Shown one piece after another: positions 27,355 to 32,000 of a DNA stretch of 32,000 bases. The DNA is taken from assembly GCF_022818495.1 (NCBI RefSeq), contig NZ_CP089291.1:765536-797535 (forward strand), in the 5' to 3' direction. How positions within the stretch are numbered: position 1 is the stretch's first letter; each line of letters starts with the position of its first letter. The position numbers and the translations under genes were made by a program. The notes beneath the pieces are model-generated. The model made no database searches. It was not told the origin of the DNA and worked only from the letters and a program-made list of their open reading frames with translations. This stretch comes from Fodinisporobacter ferrooxydans. GTDB lineage: Bacteria; Bacillota; Bacilli; Tumebacillales; MYW30-H2.

Positions 27355-28133
27355 CCTTCCAATTCTTTAAGGGCTAATTGAAATTGTAGATCGTTTGGAG
27401 ATTTATAATGCCATTCTAATTTATTTTCCATAAAAGAAATACCTTTGCCTTTAATAGTCTTTGCAATAACTACTTTTGGTTTTTGTACTTGGAGTTTTAA
27501 TATAGTTGTTAAATCATCAATGTTGTGTCCATCAACAAAAAAAGATTCCCATCCAAATATCCTCCACCGTTCCAATAGATTTTCTTGGTTAAGGACATCC
27601 TTAGTTTCACCGAACCCTTGAAGACCATTATAATCTACTATTGCTGTTAGATTGTTTAACTTTAAATGTGCGGCAAGCATAATAGCTTCCCAGACACTAC
27701 CTTCATTACATTCGCCATCACCTAATAAAACAAAAATATTACCCTTATTACTATTCAGTCTATTAGCTATTGCCATTCCAAGCCCTATTGGTAACCCATG
27801 ACCTAGTGAACCCGTAGATACTTCAATTCCAGGAATTGAGCTCTTATCTAAATGACCGGGCAATACACCAGAATTTATATAATATTTATTTAACAACTCT
27901 TTAGAGAAAAAACCTCTTTCGGCTAAAGTAGCATATAAAGCGGCACTGGCGTGTCCCTTACTTAGTATAAATTTATCCCTCTCTGTCATAAATGGGGTGG
28001 CTGGATCAATATTTAATATCTTAAAGTAAAGCACATATAATATTTCAACAATAGAGAAGCATGCGCCTATATGTGATGATTTAGAATAGTGCATCATATG
28101 TAGGATAGATTTCCTAATATCATTTGTTAGCAT
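27351..28133 (-). CDS. transketolase-family ThDP enzyme, N-terminal (diphosphate-binding) subunit
   Basis: 260 aa: HIGACFS, SKGHASAALY, and the ThDP motif LLGDGECNEGSVWEA. Confidence 0.88.
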   Translation of the reverse strand: MLTNDIRKSILHMMHYSKSSHIGACFSIVEILYVLYFKILNIDPATPFMTERDKFILSKGHASAALYATLAERGFFSKELLNKYYINSGVLPGHLDKSSIPGIEVSTGSLGHGLPIGLGMAIANRLNSNKGNIFVLLGDGECNEGSVWEAIMLAAHLKLNNLTAIVDYNGLQGFGETKDVLNQENLLERWRIFGWESFFVDGHNIDDLTTILKLQVQKPKVVIAKTIKGKGISFMENKLEWHYKSPNDLQFQLALKELEG

Positions 28134-28149
28134 TAAATGATAACTCCTT

Positions 28150-29106
28150 TTAATTCAATCCAGTTTCAACGCCTTTACCCATTGAATAGTTTAATATAAT
28201 TCTTATACCTTCATCTAAACTAAATTTTGGGTACCAACCTGTATCCTTGTGAATTTTATCGATATTTGCTTCAAGATGCATAACTTGATCAGCTCTATAT
28301 GGGATCTCTCCAAATAATAATTGGATATTTGGGTTAATTATATCTCTTATCTTTTCAACAATTGTTCTTATTTTATATACTTTACCTGAGCCTAAATTAT
28401 AAATTCCATTAAGTTCCTGACACTCACCTAACGCTTTTAATGCATTAACAGCGTCGGTTATATACAAATAATCCCAAAACTGTTCGCCCAAGGTTAATTT
28501 TGGTCGTTGTCCTTTTAATAGTTGGTCAATAACATGCATAAGGAACCAACCACTGTTGTCTTCCGGACCATATGTACTAAAGATTCTTACCCATCCCACT
28601 TCTAAACTAAGTTGTCTCCCCAGCATTTGGGTAAGCATACATGATGATAATTTTGCGGAACCATACAATGTTGTAGGATTTGTTGGGTCGACCTCAGAAA
28701 TCTTTTTATTTAACGGTCCATATTCAGCCTGCGAACCTACTCCTATCCATCTTTTACACTTTATTTTTTCGGCTAAGAATAAAGTATCAATAGTAGGCTT
28801 TATATTCATGATTTGTTGAATATCATTTCTTAGAGAATTAAATACTCCTTTCCAAGCCAAATGATAAAAAACATCAATTTTAAAATTAATATTTTTTTCT
28901 AATTTCTCATGCCAGGTTTCAATATTGTTAAAATCCCCTTCTAAAATGATTAAATTTTTGTGTTTAGGCAGAACAGATAATTTTATTGAATCACTTCTAA
29001 CAAATACAACTACCTTTCCACCTGTTTCAAGTAATACCTTTACCAAATGACTCCCAATAAACCCTGTTGCTCCTGTAACGATATAGTTTAATGGATTTTT
29101 ATTCAT
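28150..29106 (-). CDS. NAD(P)-dependent epimerase/dehydratase-family SDR (sugar epimerase or ketoreductase)
   Basis: N-terminal VTGATGFIGSHL Rossmann motif and YGSAK catalytic motif. 318 aa. ATGA overlap with the upstream methyltransferase gene. Confidence 0.88.
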   Translation of the reverse strand: MNKNPLNYIVTGATGFIGSHLVKVLLETGGKVVVFVRSDSIKLSVLPKHKNLIILEGDFNNIETWHEKLEKNINFKIDVFYHLAWKGVFNSLRNDIQQIMNIKPTIDTLFLAEKIKCKRWIGVGSQAEYGPLNKKISEVDPTNPTTLYGSAKLSSCMLTQMLGRQLSLEVGWVRIFSTYGPEDNSGWFLMHVIDQLLKGQRPKLTLGEQFWDYLYITDAVNALKALGECQELNGIYNLGSGKVYKIRTIVEKIRDIINPNIQLLFGEIPYRADQVMHLEANIDKIHKDTGWYPKFSLDEGIRIILNYSMGKGVETGLN

Positions 29107-30194
29107 AGTATCTCCAGCAGTGAAACTATATTTGTTTTGTCTTTAATTTCACTTAATTGTAATTTGATTTCTTCAATGTAGCCGTAATTAAATACTATAA
29201 GTATGTCTACAGGATTATCTATTAATGTTTGTGGTGGAACTATTGGTATATGTGTTTTTGGTGTAAATAAACCGTGCATCATAGAATTATTGTCACTTAA
29301 ATACTTGAACTTATTACCTGTTTCCATTGCTGCAAGTGTCATAACACCTCTTCCACCGGCACCGAATCCTGCAATACTTTTTCCATTTGAAAGATTACTT
29401 TCAATAAAATAATCCAATTTTTTTATGCTTTCTTGTAATTTCCTATTAAAGTTTATTACTATATACTGAGCCAAGTCCTCCTTTTTACTATTTTGAATCC
29501 TGCTATTATTGGCATATATCGACTCCTTACTTGCTGCCACTACTAAAAGTGAGTTTCCTCTTCTATATTTCTCCGGTATAAGTTCTGCTTCGACTAATAC
29601 AAAGCCCTCTCTAGCCAACAAATTATTCATTGTTTCTTTAGTTAAATAAACAAAATGTTCATGTTCAAAAAGACAATATTCATTTCGTTTTATAATTTTC
29701 TCTAAATCATGTACTTCTATAACTAATAACCCTGTCTTTTTATTTATAATCTTGTTAACAGTTTTCAAAAAGTTAATCGGTTCTGGGATGTGATCAAAAG
29801 TATAAGTTAGCAAAACCACATCGATGTCTGGATACTCTTTAGGAACCAAATTAATTGATTCCTCCGTAAATAACCCCTTTATTACTGGAATATCTGTCTC
29901 AAGGCTCTTCTTACATAAAGCATCCGATGGTTCATATCCCAACACTCTTGCTCCAAGCTTTTTAAAAAATGATAATTGTGTTCCATCTCCAGACCCTATT
30001 TCTAGAACAGAGCAATATTTTTTCAAATTATATTTTTCAAATAGTGATTCCGCAAGTTTTTGCATGAAATTTTTTGTGAACGTTGAACATGCAGAAGTAT
30101 AATTATAATTCTCATAGTAGTCATCCAGACTTATGTCATGTAATATTTGAGCTGTTTTACATGAATTGCACAAAAATATATTAATATCGTTCAA
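29103..30194 (-). CDS. SAM-dependent NDP-sugar C-methyltransferase (TcaB9/TylC3-like), N-terminally shortened
   Basis: SAM motif VLEIGSGDGTQL, and a C-terminal domain with GFGAGGRG ... NPVDILIV. Only the second Cys pair (CNSC) of the usual 4-Cys N-terminal Zn module is in frame. The start is a TTG at 30194, 8 nt after AGGAG (30207-30203). Confidence 0.75.
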   Translation of the reverse strand: MNDINIFLCNSCKTAQILHDISLDDYYENYNYTSACSTFTKNFMQKLAESLFEKYNLKKYCSVLEIGSGDGTQLSFFKKLGARVLGYEPSDALCKKSLETDIPVIKGLFTEESINLVPKEYPDIDVVLLTYTFDHIPEPINFLKTVNKIINKKTGLLVIEVHDLEKIIKRNEYCLFEHEHFVYLTKETMNNLLAREGFVLVEAELIPEKYRRGNSLLVVAASKESIYANNSRIQNSKKEDLAQYIVINFNRKLQESIKKLDYFIESNLSNGKSIAGFGAGGRGVMTLAAMETGNKFKYLSDNNSMMHGLFTPKTHIPIVPPQTLIDNPVDILIVFNYGYIEEIKLQLSEIKDKTNIVSLLEIL

Positions 30195-30290
30195 AAATTC
30201 TTCTCCTAAATCCTCCCACTATAAAGTAATGTTTTCTCCTGTTTTCTCGCTCATTCTTAGTTTTACAACTTTGACACCTAGAGAGTGTTG
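30195..30290 (-). pseudogene. out-of-frame relic of the methyltransferase 5' end (first Cys pair)
   Basis: CQSC is encoded at 30276-30265 in a different frame from the methyltransferase ORF. The methyltransferase frame has a TAG at 30221-30219. The distance from this pair to the in-frame CNSC pair (about 37 codons) matches the spacing expected for an intact 4-Cys module. Confidence 0.4.
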
Positions 30291-30380
30291 GTGAAAGATT
30301 GCATAGAACCCATATTTTTCTGTAAAGGCCGGTGGCAGGAATAAGCTTGAAATCATTGTTTTCCAAACTGTGGATAAAAT

Positions 30381-30620
30381 GGTATGATCGCACAGTGGAT
30401 CTCCACGTTCTCCCTCGGGGTTTACCCTCCCATGTCACGCTGGGTCTATGCCCTTACATTCCTTCGTTCTACCTCTCAAGGGGTGGAGGCCGATTCTTGC
30501 TCCTCGACTGGGTCGTTGCCCTTATGGATAAAATCCTTCGGCTTCTCCGGTGCTTCCGTTGTCAAAGTTGTGCACATCTGAATAATCGAGTTTTCAGTTT
30601 GTTGATAATGTTGAATTTGT
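30381..30620 (-). ncRNA. candidate structured non-coding RNA in the 3' arm of the IS110-family element (bridge/seek-RNA candidate)
   Basis: 24/40 G+C at 30381-30420 against 6/20 at 30361-30380. Many short stems, e.g. 30426-30430/30485-30489 enclosing 30451-30455/30478-30482. Contains internal direct repeats. The ORFs here have no SD and implausible sequences. Strand and ends are not established. Confidence 0.3.
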
Positions 30621-30644
30621 GAAATATCCAGTTGTGGATATTTC
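30621..30644. repeat. perfect 10-bp-stem hairpin just downstream of the transposase stop
   Basis: GAAATATCCA-gttg-TGGATATTTC, 52 nt past the transposase stop codon, with no clear T-run on the minus strand. Confidence 0.85.
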
Positions 30645-30695
30645 ATTTATTAAAAACCAGATACTAAGCTGTTGATACGTGTTCTATTTTTTATT

Positions 30696-31994
30696 TTATG
30701 CTGCACTTTGTTGTAGCTGGGCTTGTCGGACTGGCCCCAGTACATCGTTTGCGTTATACTCTTTCTGCTTTGTCCCCAATGTATAAAGTACGCGAACCAG
30801 TTTTCCACATAAGGCGATGATCGACTGCTTCTTTTTTAACGGATTCTGACTACGTGTCGTGTAATACTTGTGCAGCTCTTTAAATTCTTCGTTTTTGGCC
30901 ACCATCGGTAGCATGGCGCGAAACAAGATGCCTCTTAATCGAGAACGACCCCGCTTGCTGATCCCCGTTTTCCCCTTCCGTTTTCCAGAACTATTCTCAG
31001 TCAAATTCAGTCCAGCCAAGCGGATGATTTGCTGTCCGTGATCATAGTTGTTGAGATCGCCAACCTCCGCTAGGAAACCGGCGACGGTCAGAACACCAAC
31101 CCCTGGGATGCTCAGCATCTGCCGAGTTCCGGGGATCTTCTCAAGAATCTGCAAGACTTGCGCCATAATGGTTTCTTCCTGCTTGCCATACAGATCGTAC
31201 TGCTGCAGCAAGATAGTCAGCTCGATTCGAGCCGCTGCCAGTCCCTCGGTAAGCCCGATGGAAGCCGTTGCGGTCGCATAGAGCTGCTCCGCTCTCTTAA
31301 TGCCCACCCCACGCTTGATTTCCGTCTTCCAATGTGAGAGAACGCCTCTGGCGCCTACGGAGACAATCTCCTCTGGAGTTGGAAACTGACGCATGGTCAT
31401 GAGGGACGCTTTCCCTTCCCAGTCCTTAAATACCTGTGGATACTCTGGAAAGTAGCGGTCAAACCAGTTTGTGATCCGTGTTTTCACTTGAATCAAGCTC
31501 ACCATGACCTTCTCGCGAAGATTCATCAGAATGCGTAATTCTGCGTATTCCTTGGTCGGTAAGTTAGGTTCTGAGTACTTTCCATTCCGAATGAGGTCGG
31601 CAATGACTTTTGCATCCTTGTAGTCGCTTTTGGTCTGTGAGTTGTCCTCGAGCTCCTTGCTCTTGTTCACATGATGCGGATTGACAACAACAACCTGAAT
31701 GCCTTGCTCCTTCAAAAACGCCGCTAACGGGAACCAGTAGTGTCCAGTCGGTTCAATGCCGAATATAATGTCTGTTTTCTCATGAATTCGGCCAAGCTCC
31801 TTCATCCACGCTGCCAGCTTCGTCAGCCCTTCCTGGTCGTTGTGAAACACACAGTCCTTCCCAAGCTCAATTCCACGGAAATCCACAGCTCGAGCTACGT
31901 GTATCTTCTTTGCGATGTCAGCTCCAACCACCAATGTGTTCTCGGTAATTCTTGTAATCCGTTGATTCTGTTTCTGCTTCGTCTTATACTTCAT
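30696..31994 (-). CDS. IS110-family transposase (DEDD RuvC-like recombinase)
   Basis: 432 aa. N-terminal DEDD-type domain (VVGADIAK, FGIEPTGHYW, KSDYKDAKVIADL). C-terminal Transposase_20-like domain (SIPGVGVLTVAGFLAEVGDL ... SKRGRSRLR). Confidence 0.9.
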   Translation of the reverse strand: MKYKTKQKQNQRITRITENTLVVGADIAKKIHVARAVDFRGIELGKDCVFHNDQEGLTKLAAWMKELGRIHEKTDIIFGIEPTGHYWFPLAAFLKEQGIQVVVVNPHHVNKSKELEDNSQTKSDYKDAKVIADLIRNGKYSEPNLPTKEYAELRILMNLREKVMVSLIQVKTRITNWFDRYFPEYPQVFKDWEGKASLMTMRQFPTPEEIVSVGARGVLSHWKTEIKRGVGIKRAEQLYATATASIGLTEGLAAARIELTILLQQYDLYGKQEETIMAQVLQILEKIPGTRQMLSIPGVGVLTVAGFLAEVGDLNNYDHGQQIIRLAGLNLTENSSGKRKGKTGISKRGRSRLRGILFRAMLPMVAKNEEFKELHKYYTTRSQNPLKKKQSIIALCGKLVRVLYTLGTKQKEYNANDVLGPVRQAQLQQSAA

Positions 31995-32000
31995 GTGAGC

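Larger units (their letters stand above)
30381..32000 (-). mobile_element. IS110-family insertion sequence, partial (5' end beyond window)
   Basis: Transposase gene plus a long 3' non-coding arm. The proposed end near 30371-30385 rests only on the compositional step and a repeated decamer. The other terminus is outside the window, so the boundaries are unverified. Confidence 0.5.

Noticed and set aside
30389-30393. GTGCG on the minus strand as the 5' end of a group II intron
   Set aside because: I found no domain V-like hairpin, no reverse-transcriptase ORF and no other intron consensus nearby. A 5-mer match is expected by chance.
30470-30500. SAM-I riboswitch-like GGTGGAGG segment upstream of a methyltransferase operon
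   Set aside because: It sits on the wrong strand relative to the operon, and the rest of the SAM-I core (GGCCCGATGAAACCCGGCAACC-type segment, closing P1) is absent.
30181-30622. ORFs 30181-30438 (-), 30332-30622 (+) and 30384-30581 (+) as protein genes
   Set aside because: They have no SD, and their Arg/Trp- or Leu/Cys-rich translations are implausible. They cross a sharp compositional boundary. They are better explained as a relic of the methyltransferase 5' end plus structured non-coding IS DNA.
1-32000. CRISPR arrays, tRNA, rRNA and prophage or integrase genes
   Set aside because: No regularly spaced direct repeats, cloverleaf-like sequences or rRNA-like stretches were seen on either strand. 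The only recombinase is the IS110-family transposase.

Overview
This is a 32-kb chromosomal window from a Bacillota (Bacillales-like) genome. Core DNA is about 48% G+C (29/60 by hand count at 5281-5340), and nearly all genes are on the minus strand.

Core content:
- a small Zn-ribbon protein, a TerC-family membrane protein and a hotdog thioesterase
- one methyl-accepting chemotaxis protein on the plus strand
- an argC-argJ-argB-argD operon whose sigma-A-type promoter is overlapped by two tandem ARG boxes
- two adjacent secreted PLC/AcpA-type phosphoesterases, one fused to a YVTN beta-propeller, with PhoP-box-like repeats upstream
- a YitT-family protein
- the conserved hpf ... secA-prfB block, with the programmed +1 frameshift of prfB readable in the sequence
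- a three-gene polar amino-acid ABC transporter

Accessory content:
- an AbrB/SpoVT-type antitoxin plus RelE/ParE-type toxin pair
- an unrecognisable 402-aa plus 83-aa gene pair sitting between hpf and secA
- a low-GC islet of about 6 kb (16/60 G+C at 25081-25140) spanning roughly 24.4-30.4 kb, which is the most notable region

The islet carries five translationally coupled sugar-tailoring genes: an N-terminally truncated TcaB9/TylC3-type C-methyltransferase, an SDR epimerase/reductase, a split ThDP transketolase, and a GT2 fused to a C-methyltransferase-type C-terminal domain. It abuts an IS110-family (DEDD) transposase gene at 30696-31994, and that element runs off the window edge. The roughly 315-nt non-coding arm 3' of the transposase is GC-rich and rich in repeats and stems, which makes it a candidate bridge/seek-RNA locus.

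No rRNA, tRNA or CRISPR array was seen.
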